Made by a program: the position numbers and the translations under genes. The notes beneath the pieces are model-generated. The model worked only from the letters and a program-made list of their open reading frames with translations. It ran no database searches and was not told where the DNA came from. This document shows positions 25,901 to 37,900 of a stretch of DNA of 64,000 nt, piece after piece; within the stretch, counting starts at the first letter, position 1, and each line of letters opens with the position of its first letter. The stretch comes from Botryllus schlosseri (Eukaryota), in assembly GCA_051294905.1 (NCBI GenBank), contig CM119386.1:2232001-2296000 (forward strand), given 5' to 3'.

Positions 25901-28900
25901 AATCGGAAGAGGCGGCTTGCCTGCAAACTACAGGTGAGTGCCAACGAATATATAAACACTAATTTAAAGTAGCCATTTATTATCAGGGTTGTAAAAGTTC
26001 CAAGGTTCCCAGTCACAAGTCAATCTCACTTTTATAGTTTTGGCTTGAGTCAAGTCGAGACATTTTCAATCCCCCACCGAGTGCAGTCAGTCACTGTCCA
26101 AGTCAGTGAGCAGCGGGTCGAGTACGAGTCATAGTGTTGTGACATAGCGTTGTTGCTCGAGTCATGAGCAATGACTCAAGTACAAGTCGAGTCAGTTCAC
26201 AAATTGACTCGAGTCGAGTAGAATGTAGTCGTTTTATCCGTTTAAAAAATGACTCGAGTCAAGCTAAGTCACCAAAAATTAGTGACTCAAGCCGGACTCG
26301 AGTCGAGTCATGACCCGAGTCATTGCAACCCTGTTTATTATGCTACATAACTATTTTTCTTGCTCCTATTTTAGATTCCAATGTACGTTTTATGGAACAT
26401 TGAGTCTGAAAATTGTTTATTGTATGATCCGTGCTTATCAATTTTGACCTTATTTTTTTCTCTGCAAGTAGTGTGCCTGTCGTATATGTATTTGAATACT
26501 GCCTATGCACTCGATTTTAAATGGTATTGATATGTGGCTAGGCTCATTTGAACATGTAATGAGCTATTATATAACAGTTTTTTTCAATCACAATCTTCGC
26601 AAGTAACAAAATGTACTCTGTTTAAAGAATCAAAACTTCAAAATTTGGCTGTTGTACGAGCTTTTCTTGTATACCAGAAGTATGGTACTCCATCATTGCA
26701 TTGATCCAGCAGACTTGATAGCGCTTATCTATGGACTGAACTCATCGGTGAAATCTCTCGCCACCAAGCCCGATTTCAGCAGCAATAAACAAATTATGCT
26801 CATACTCATATTTGCAGTAATTGAGGTCCTTAACCTCGTCAGAGTGAAAAGAGAAGTCCGTACGCGGTTATTTTTTAATTATCACCTAACCAGTTGGACT
26901 GGCCTAATCGAGATGCTGAAAATGTTGTTGCAGTAGATTTTGAATCTTCAAATGCTCTTTGTCATGGAAAATTGTTCCAAAGTCGTTATTTGTGTATGTC
27001 CCGCATCAATCTATGAAGTATTTTTTACACCCAACATCAAGTTACGCCGACAAGAACAAGGCAATCATAACCATCGGATTTAGATTAAAATCTCCTAGCA
27101 ATATTTACTACTATCATTATACAAACACAGAAGCACATATGTTTGATGGTGGCATCGCATTTGCTGGATTCCCTAAGACGAAAACGTTTAATGGAGGATG
27201 TTATGATTTTATAAGACTGCGTGTTGTCCTGTCAACCTACAATTACGTTTACTCATCATAAAATGTGTTCACAATTTGAGGATCCCTAGTCCGTATAGAG
27301 ACAAAATTCCACAAAATCTTTTCCAGTATCAACGAATAAATGCAATTGCACGGTCAACGCCGAATGTAAATGTAATCCTGACCTCTGTCCGACCGTGACA
27401 TGCAGTGAATGCGAGATCATGGACGAGAGGGATCCTGTGGTGAATTCATTGGCACCGTGCTCTGGCAGCTGTTGCAAGATAAGAACGTGCATAAAAAAGC
27501 CTTGCCCGTCCGTAACGGTGCCGAACATACCGCCTCTGTGCCCTTTCCTCGAAAAGATAAGTAGCATTTTGTGAATGAAAATACCGAAGTAAATATAGGT
27601 GATAATTTTCGTTACCAGCACAACGAGGTATACGGCAACGATAAATGCTGCCCGGAAAGAATCGATCTCAAATGTACAACAAACACTTCCGATTGCCCGA
27701 TTTCAAGCCCGACTACGTGCGAACCTGGATATCAACTCGAGACTATCCGCGCTGCCGATTCTACTGACATGAGAGTGCGCATGGCTATGAACTGCCCGAT
27801 GGTGGACGAGTGCTGTCCGATTCGCGTATGCGTTTGCAAGTCCTGCGTTTATGAAGGAGGAAGGATGGACCTTGGCGCATCGCCTGTCACTTCACCGGAC
27901 GGGTAAGATTAGCGCAGTGATAGATAGATCATTTATTCAAATTGTTTCACACGGAAAACATGAAAATTTCAAATTATTCATCGGTATAGATAGGGAAGAC
28001 ATGATACGTCAATCCCTTCTCTGTAACACAAAGATTATTCGTTACCGGTTATCATTGCATTCATCACGGACTCTTCCTTGTATTGTTCCGCCGAAATGTC
28101 CTTGAATTCGCACTGCTTAGCAAAGGCACGGCGTTTCTGAACGTACTCAGACATGGTGTTCGAAGGCTGCTGATTCCTATTGTGGCTAACTCATGACCCG
28201 CATAGACAAGAGTCTTCTTTTTCACGTACAAGCCCTCAAGAAATTTCATCGCATCCGTAAACGTCGATTCTTCCTCAACCAGCGAAAAAGATCCAGACGA
28301 CAAGTACCCTGCCATTATACTGAACCTATCCATCTCTGAGTCGCCATCCCTTCTGGCAGCATCAAGGGAAACTTTAGATACGCCTTTATTACGCCCATCC
28401 AGTGCTTGAACGCCTGAACAGCATCATCATCCCTTGGCACAGCCTTTAACTTGGATACGCGAATGAGTGTCTAGTTCGACGCGATAGTAGATCTTTTCAG
28501 TTAATAAAATTCTGGTGACCTCTATTTCACAGAGTATCCAAGGCTTGTATTAACTGAAAACGTGCATTATACGCGACACAGCTAGGCCACCAACTATTAG
28601 GTACCAATAAATAAATTAGGAGGGAGACAATATACAGTGGAGAAGAAATGTTATCAAGTACTAATTCGTTAACTATGTAAAGGACGAGACAATCGCACAG
28701 ATCGATCTAGAACCTATGGCCATGTCCTGAACAATATCCTCTGCTTCTCATGCGGGGCTACGAAATATAATCGACTTGTTCTATACAAATCTATGTGATT
28801 AGACTCAAATAAAAATTTGTAGATTTGTAAGTTTGCTTGGAAAGATCTATCTGAGACTTGTTTTTACCTGTTAATGAAACACATTTCGATGTGCATATTG

Positions 28901-31900
28901 ATGTGTAACATTATTTTTTATGATGCCTGAATGTTTCATCGGAAGTTGGATCAGTTCAAAAACATGGGCTCCAGTTTGCCTATATAAACTAATTTGTCCT
29001 AAAATATTAGTCATCAGACATGCTTGAAACCGATCATGATCAAAATTATGTGGTTTGATGTGATGTATATGCATGTGCATTGTCCATGTATTAAATAGAT
29101 AAATTCCTTTATCAGCTGTTCCAAATACACCTGCAATCAGGAGCAGAAACGTGATGATGGTTGCTATAACGTCACTGTCCAACACCCCGAGTGTGTGCCT
29201 CCGCCACCTACTGAATGCTACCAGTCAGTTACTACTGAGAGGCCATCTGGCGCATGTTGTGACAATCATCAGTAAGTAGCCGAAGTGTGCAATCAATAAT
29301 CGATCAAATAATTTTACCATCGTTTTCATCTATAGGGTACAGAATAACCCCTGTAGCTCGAGCTACAATCCAGGACCAAGCAACTGTACTTACCCGGCAA
29401 AACGTGAAGTTACATCTGAACAGGTTGGCGAGAATCTATTTTGCAACAGTCAAAACTGTATTCCAAATTAAAATAAATACACACACTTAAAATAAAACAC
29501 TAGTTATCTTACAAGTTATGGAAACATGAATACTTGAACATTTGTGAATCGGATGCTACAGTAATATAATGTATGGTAATGCTAATATATCTTTTATTAT
29601 TAGGATGGAAGCGGGTGTGCTAATCCGAATTGCCCAATCGCGAAATGTGTATGTACCGCGTGTCTGGATTCGAATAACGTTACTCACTCTATCGGCTCGG
29701 AATATACTGCCGAAAACGGGTGTGACATCTACACTTGTTTGGAAGGTAAATCAAAAGGTAAACAAATTGCTTGATTCATGTAAATATCAGAGGATTGCAA
29801 TCTAATTCTCATCGTGATGAACTAAAAGACCTTCTTGTTGACTTGTAGTTACCTACCTTTATGGCAATCTCAGAAATAAACTTTTTAAATAAACCCTTTC
29901 AGAACGTTATTATATCGTGCTGCAACTTTGAATTCACCCCTGCACCGAATTGCTACAGAGGTGTGGCCTGTTCTACGGCCCTAGATGCTGCATGCCAGCC
30001 TGGGTTCTTCTGATGCTCTTTAAATCCTTAATCCAATTGAAGTTACAATATGGCATCCTGTGTTGGGGGGAGGGGCTGCCAGTAAAACCGCACTTGAGCT
30101 ACTGCAAAAACTACAACATAATGTACTCTGTTCCTTATCATAGCTAGGGCCCCAAAGGGGCCTGGTTGTCCATCCAAGTTGTTGCTGAAGAGATCCGACA
30201 GTAGACCAGCATGTCCACATTCAAATCGAAATATAAGCAATTTGTATTAAATTAATACCGGTCCGTCCTCAAGATTACCGGACCACTACCTGACCTATCG
30301 ATCTCACCTTCCCTAACATGCCACATCATTTTTGTCGCTTGCTTTTCTATATTATCTTTTACTTTTCGTTCAGTGTGGATGCCTCCTCTTTATATCGCCT
30401 AGGCTAAGGTGGGAGTCTGATTTTAAAGACTACTCCTTACTATCTATCGCGATTTTTGTGGTGTATTGAACTGATAAAATTGCTAATAAATCGAACCGAA
30501 GGTAATATATATCAATATGTTTCAGTTCAGAGAATAAAGCAATAAGATAGTAAGAGACAAAGTGACACTGTAATGGTATCAATAAATCATATATCTTAGA
30601 ACAGTGATACATGATCCGTCGCTGCAAATCCAGCTAATTCATGAAATGTTTGCGATTATTTACAAACAGCTTGTATAATCATGAAACTTTCCCCAATTGC
30701 GTAGAAGCGTCGTCATTCATGAAGCTCGTAACTTTAGTACTCCATCTGTTTCTAAAATGAGAGTTAACCAGTGACTGTACGCTGTCTGTATTAAAATATC
30801 AAATATGCAATATCATAGTTTTTTAAATCATCAAGCATTTTTTGACTAATTCTACTGGAATCTACTGAATAAATACTAGAGATCGAGTTTACTGGACCAC
30901 ACTCTTGCCTTTCATTCCATGCCACCACATTCTGTCGCTTGTCCTTTTATCTTATCTTCTACAACTTTTCATAAAGTGTTCATACGTTTACTATACATAG
31001 CCTAGGCCCAAGTAGTTGTCTGATTTCTCCTTCTCCAAGTCGTTTCGACACCTTCCTATCTTTTCATTGTATCGGAAGCATATGGTGTGACAATTTGATG
31101 AAACTTTTATTAATAAACTGAACTAAACTGAAGTGAATTCCCAATGCTCTAAAGCACTGATGCCATACTACAACAAAAATACTGCTATCCATGTTTGGAT
31201 TAAGTCACTACCTTCGAGTCACGAGTCATCTCGAGTCATTGCACATTTTGACTGGAGTCAAGTTGAGTCAATCGATTTTCGAAGGTGACTCGAGTCAAGT
31301 CAACTCACGATTCAAGTCAAAATGAATTTTCGAAGTACGAGTGATGATGCAAAGTCATTACATTTTGCTGGGTGAGAGACAGATTAATTGGCCATTTATT
31401 TGGAATCAAATAACGTATATAACTGCTAATAAAATAAGTGAGTAACTGGACAGCTACATGCCACATTCTGTTATTATCAGCTAAAATACTGGATCGAATA
31501 CGAACCCTCGAGAAGTTGCAACTAAACAAATTCATATGGTACAATACACTACCCATCTTCACATCCGGGAGAATGGAACGCATAAACTATATCTGTTCGA
31601 TTTAAATTATACAGGAGGGTTAGTAAAGGTGAGGACTGCGCAATGTAAGCTCTGAGCCATCTAAGAAACAAAGGCGCGTTGCTATTAGATTAATCAACTA
31701 CTACCATGACAATGCACGCTGTGATCATTTCGTACCCGGTCAACTTATTTGTGATGTAACAATGGAGGATCAGTAAGAGGTGCAATCAGTGAATGACTGG
31801 CTGCTCTCGCAAGTGACATTTCGCGAACAATCCGAACATACATAAGGTATGGTGATTTAATCGACACCATTTACTTGATGAGTTGAAATTGACTCTTAAA

Positions 31901-34900
31901 TTTTGCTCCGAGTCATGAGTCAATCATCATTTGTGAAGCGCTGAGTGAAGTCAAGTAATTTCTCAAGTAATTGCTCAGTTTCCAGTTTAAGTCTTGGTAA
32001 ACACCCTTTATATAACTCTGTTTAGTGATATCAAATGGTTCGCATTTATAATATACGAATTTCCCTCACTTTTAGCACGTTCTGGTCGCATTTTCAATTA
32101 CCTGTACCAATAGACGAAATCCCAATAGTGTGGTTACTTTACTGTTCTTCGAAATTATAATGAAATGTCTGTCTTGGCCGTGTGAGTCTCGAGTCATATA
32201 GCTTGGTTTGAGTCATGCGTAATGACTCGATTCCAAGTCGAGTCAATACACAAATTGACTCCAGTGAAGTCATTTCCGTATTTTGAGAAAATGACTTGAG
32301 TCAAGAAGAGTCATCAGAAAATCGTGACTCGAGTCATTTTACAACCCTGTTCAAAATAGTACATTTTCTGTTAATTCTCTCTTTACAGGTATCCAATTTT
32401 TTCTCTTAACCTGAACAAAAAACATGTGTTCTCAAACCTGAATTCGTTAATACTTATGTGCATTTCTCAAGCTTATTTGCTGCACCGTTCCCCGAACTGT
32501 TGATTTTTGTACTCAGATTCAAATGCTGGATGTGCAGTACCGACATCGGACAGGCGGTATTGCGTCACCACACCTATACCTCGGAAGATCTGTGAAAAAG
32601 TAGGATGTTGTTATGATGGAACTGCACCGATGAATGCACGCTGCTACTTATATGTCGGTAAGATTTCATTTGGACTATGCATTGTGAATTGTGTCGATTT
32701 ATACAATATTTTGTGGCTATCGAGTTAGTCACATGCAGTGTTTTCTCTTCAGCAAGCAAGTTACTGCGAACAAAACATATATATTACGGTTGTTACAACA
32801 CAATTATACTTTCCTCTGAGCTTGTAAGTGTAAGTGAGCATTTTACAATATCGAAGAACTACCGTCCTGTTTTACCATTAGTGACATGTGCATGGCTGGG
32901 AAACAATAGTTTTCCCAAAATTGAGGCCTTCCATGGTATCGAAAATCTTTGTGGCATTGTTTCACAATTGGAAGTAACACAATGACACGGTGTTAGCAGA
33001 ATATCTTACTACAATCATTCTCGCATCGACTTTTCAGAAGCAACATTTGATACAATCAACGTCCGAGTGGTGTAAATTTCATGATTAGCTCAACTTATTT
33101 TACTTTCAGAACCAGCAGAGACATGTCCCATTCTTGTAAAAAAGGAATCTTCTTGCCCTACACCCTCTTGCAACGCACAGTTTGAGGTGCTGAAAGAAGT
33201 TCCTGTTGCTGGAGAATGCTGTCCCAACCGTACTTGCATATGCAAGGTATGTTTTGTGTTAAATTTGGAATTTGAGTAGCCAGTCAAAAATTAATGCAGC
33301 AAGCTGGGTCACAATTAACTCTTTCCTTCTATAGATTGTTCATGGTTACTCACATTACTGCGACACTGATATCCAGTTTGTTGTGGTGCACATCAATGTA
33401 ATCAGCAGTTAAAAGCTACAACAACTTTGCAAAACTATTACGTTATTTACCCTTAGATGAATTTAGATTGTTTATCTCTAAATGTGAATTTTGTCAACTT
33501 GTGAACTACCACCACGACCTCCGACCCTTGCTGAGCTGTGTATTGTTTGGAGCCGATTTTTTTTTATTTAGGCTATTAACTAACAAATATTGCAAATGTG
33601 AGCTATTTTCACACCCGGCCCATCATTTTACTTGATGTTAAAGAAATCAGAACCAGATTCATTGCATTTCAAAATAACTCGACTATAATAGCAGTCTTGA
33701 TTCCCAACATTTAGACCGATGAAATGTTGAAAGAAGTTTGCGACAACTATCGGAACGATACGAGCTCATGTGCAGACCCTGGAAACATGGTACTGAGACC
33801 GAATGGTAAATTTGTTGATCATCAGTGCTGTCCGCAAAAGGATTGCGTCTGCAAAGAAAAGGACCAAATAAGATGCCAACGAAAGTATGATACCTAGAGC
33901 GTTTTTTTTTTGTCAAAAAAGGGAAAATTTGGACCTGAAAAATCAAAATTTTGTCTTTTTTGACATAAACAAACTGAATTTTGACCTAATTTCGACTTAA
34001 CGTATGCAAATTAGGTGTTTTCCCACATAATGTTAAAATTATACCACTTATCTTAATTTCTGATTGGAACTGGCTGAGTAGTTTTGTCTGAAAAAAAGTT
34101 TTTGGCTTAGAAGCAGGCAACTTTTTACATGAAAAAAACAATATTTTAACAAAGTCTAATACCATGAAGAATTCCAGTGGTTACAATATGTATTATGGTG
34201 TAAATAATTTTAAAAAATTGCAGTACAACGAGAGACACTTTCCTACATTCTTGGGTAGAAAGTGCATGTCCATCTAAGAAGCTTGCCAAGGACGTTCAAC
34301 AGCAGCAGTTGTCGGCTCAGTTGTTGCTTCATTCCAACAATGTTGTCTACATCACAATTTTTCATCACGCGCTTCTTATATAAGAATGATGCAATGCCCA
34401 AGTAGTCTTTCTTCAGTTAGGATATTGCGGTACGTTGACCATAACACCATGTCTACCTATTTGTTTTATTTGATTTGTTTATGATTCACAATGGGCAGAC
34501 AATTAACCGTTTGCAACGGTAAGCCTATAAAGTAGGCTATAAGCTGTAAAATATCAAATGATAAGTTCACCGACAGTGCGAAATCTATGTTACAAACGAA
34601 ATGCAGACGTCAAATAGATTTTGACTTCATGAAAAATTTTGACAAATTTTGACCTAATGCTACAATTTTGGCAAAATTTTGACAAATTTTGACATGTCAA
34701 AAAATAACCGCGCTAATGATAACATATTTGTTTTGCTATGTCGATCCCACGATATTGGTTTCTCTAGGAAGTAGCTTATCATTAAATACTGCTGCGGTTT
34801 TGGAGTATGAGCAAGGTTTCTAGTCGGGAGTAGATTGGAATACTATTATAAAATTAACTTATCAATCGTGCATGTAGGTTGATAATAACACTATAATAGA

Positions 34901-37900
34901 AAATTACCGGAAAGCTTGTCAATATACATTGAATCTCAGCAGAAGGTCTGAAGTGTAAATTTTAAGCACTTTGTGCAGGACACGCTGTTCCAATGCCTGT
35001 CATACACCAGTCAGGAATCCGATTTGAAAAATCATTTTGGTCATAAAAAAGCGTGTAATTTCACACTATATCTCGTACTCCCTGCTTTGGTGGTTTGTAT
35101 CCCCAACGGCTCCATCGAACCGTGGTTAAGAACCCCTGCCCTAGAAAAAATATGAGAATTAATTTTGTAGCAGTCCATCAACTTCGTTGGCCTGATTTGA
35201 GTTTATGTCCTTCACGCGACAGGACATGCGCCGGAAAATTCAACAAGGCCGTAAAAACATCAAATGCCAGCGCAACGCAATGCTGCGACGAATACTCGTG
35301 CGTTTGTGACTGCACAGAACAAGAATGTCCATACAAGACCTGGAAACCGAAAAGGTTCCTCATCGCTTTTACATTACTAGGCCTACAAAATTGAACCATG
35401 CTCTTGTTACATATGAAGGGATGAGGCATGTACATGCACTTGTGAATGCGATAAAGATTTGTGCGACGCATCTCGTCCCACGTGTTCGGACCACGAGGAC
35501 TTGATAGAAACGGGTACCACGGACAGAGGTTGCTGTCCTGTGTACGAATGCAGGTGCAATGCCACAAGGTGTCCAACTCTGCCTAGCGCAGACTGCAACG
35601 CCCTTCAAACTGAGGTAAATTCTTTATTACCTCTTTGTGTACTAAGGAGACATAATCCTGACTACTTTGCGCCCCGACTCATTCAAGAGATCTCTTGAAA
35701 CTCAGTGATAATGACCCCACACGATTGACTTTGTTATATCAAGAGCGTCTTGGAGCTGCAGAACATCAATATTGAATGGTATATTCCTATTGAAATGAAC
35801 CGGAATATTTTCGGCTGACACTCATCAGGGGTAATCATCAGCAACTGCGAAATTCATGCCCTTATCATCATAGTTTGTATTACCATTGTTGATATACAAT
35901 CTTTTTCCCATTCTCTACTAGTTGCTGACGAATGGCATCCGAAAATATTCAGGTTTATTTCAATATGAACATACTATTCATTGGTTGATATATGTGTTTA
36001 ACATTGATACTTTCTTTGATAATAAAACACAACCCGTAAATTCACTTGCTGCTTTGAATTATAAGTTCTGTTGCCACGACTTTCTTCAGTTGTTAGTACT
36101 GGTAAGGTTTGTTATTACCCTTCATCAATTCGATAAAGACTTAATTAATGCGAGCATTGCAAGAGAATATTTTTGTCATTGTATGGATGATTTCCACTCT
36201 TGCATAAGTAGAAATTACGAGATGCAAATTTAGTACCCTTAAATTGTAATCCTATTTCGACCTGATGCATTTGAGGTAACTGGAAAGATAAGTCAAGTAA
36301 GTCCATTTCAGAAGAAATCTTACTTCCAAACGAATACTCAATGCCACTTGTGGTCGGATTCCGTGTTTTGAGTTTTTTAAAGTTTCGTGTACAGTGTACA
36401 CACACATCACATTTCGGGAAAATTGTATCAAAATTTGAGCCAGATTCACAGGTGACTAAGCCGGGCCTCCACAGCGATTTTTGAAATTAGTTACATTATC
36501 ACGTTAATGCCCCGCATATATTCTTGTAAAATTGCTAGGTCATCCATCAGTCTCAACGACCTTGAAAGCTATCCGCGGAGCTTTTTTGAAATGGGAGAAA
36601 GTTATGACCCTATTTTTCTATTTTTCAATTATCACTTCCAGATGTAATGACTAAAAATATATCAAACTATAAATTCTCAACAATTCATAGCAATTATTGG
36701 TCAACCGCATGTGGCCTTTTGGCAAAAAGGTGGATTGCCCTGGGACTATATCAAGAAATCTGCACCAATTACCCACATTTTAATAATGTCGTTCTATAGC
36801 CTAGATTAGAACCCTGTATGAGCCAAATAGGGTGTTAAGTGTAGTTCCTTGAAAAGTTGACGTGTACCTTTTTGTCCATCTGCCTATATCATTGGACATT
36901 GTCTGTATTTGTATTCGTGAGACAATGATAATCAATCCCTTTTAATTTGTATTCCCGCGCAGTACATAATTATAGTTACCGTAATCACCGGTAAATACAG
37001 ATTTTCAAGATGCTTCCCTATTTTATTGAAGTACACTTGGAAGCCCACAGTCTCGAGTTGCTGTCCGACTGAGAAACGCTGCAAATGCAATCCCGACTCG
37101 GAGGAATTGAAGCGCCTCTGTAACGAAACCGGCCGAGAGGTTTCGGGAGGTTGCGCTGCAGGTCACGAGCCTTACGTGGCGCGAGTGATGGCCGACAGTG
37201 ACGATGGACTTTGCTGCGACGTGCAATGCAAATGTGTCAGTTGCATCACGGGAAATGGAACTGTCAAAGAGGTATCGTTGCGGGAATGTATCCAATTTTG
37301 TACGGGTGACAATTCGGAAATTTACACGATGTCTGGACCATATGACGTCATTGTACAGACTTTTGTAAAAACTTTTCATGTTCAAGTTCTTTGATTATGT
37401 AGTAGCAACTTGGAAATTACAATGTTATTTAAAAGGTAATTTGAAGCAGAGAGATCATCCATTCTCCAAATCAGTTTCACATCCAGATTTAAACTAAATC
37501 CATTTACAATTCAATTCAATTCAATTTATTGATAATCTTCATCATTTCAATACATCACAAGACTGCAATACAACGAAAGATAGGAAGATGTCGAAATGAC
37601 TTGCATTAGTCTTCGGTATCAGACACCCACTTGACCTAGGCAATATAAAAAAGGATGCATACACACTGAACGAAAAGTAAAAGAATATAATATAAAAGGA
37701 CAAGTGATAGAAAAGATGGCATGTGCCGGAAGGCGAGATCGATATGTCAGACTGTGGTCCGGTCAACTAGAGGGTCAAGTAATATTGATTCAGTAGAAGT
37801 TGTTTGTATTTCAACTTGAATGAGGCCATGCTCGATGCCTGTCATATAGCCGGCAAAATGCAAAAATGTAAAATTTTTCTCACAACTATGAGAACAATGA

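Noticed and set aside
26000-26330. CRISPR-like array of short palindromes
   Set aside because: Irregular spacing, no unique spacers, eukaryotic context, and enclosed by hAT TIRs with an 8-bp TSD.
27556-27562. GA-type donor (AA|GATAAG) as an alternative reading
   Set aside because: It would be phase 2, and no AG or AC acceptor restores the frame in any of the three units.
27557-27564. U12 (minor spliceosome) assignment for the AT introns
   Set aside because: The donors are ATAAGT, not ATATCCTT, and no TCCTTAAC branch box is visible near the acceptors.
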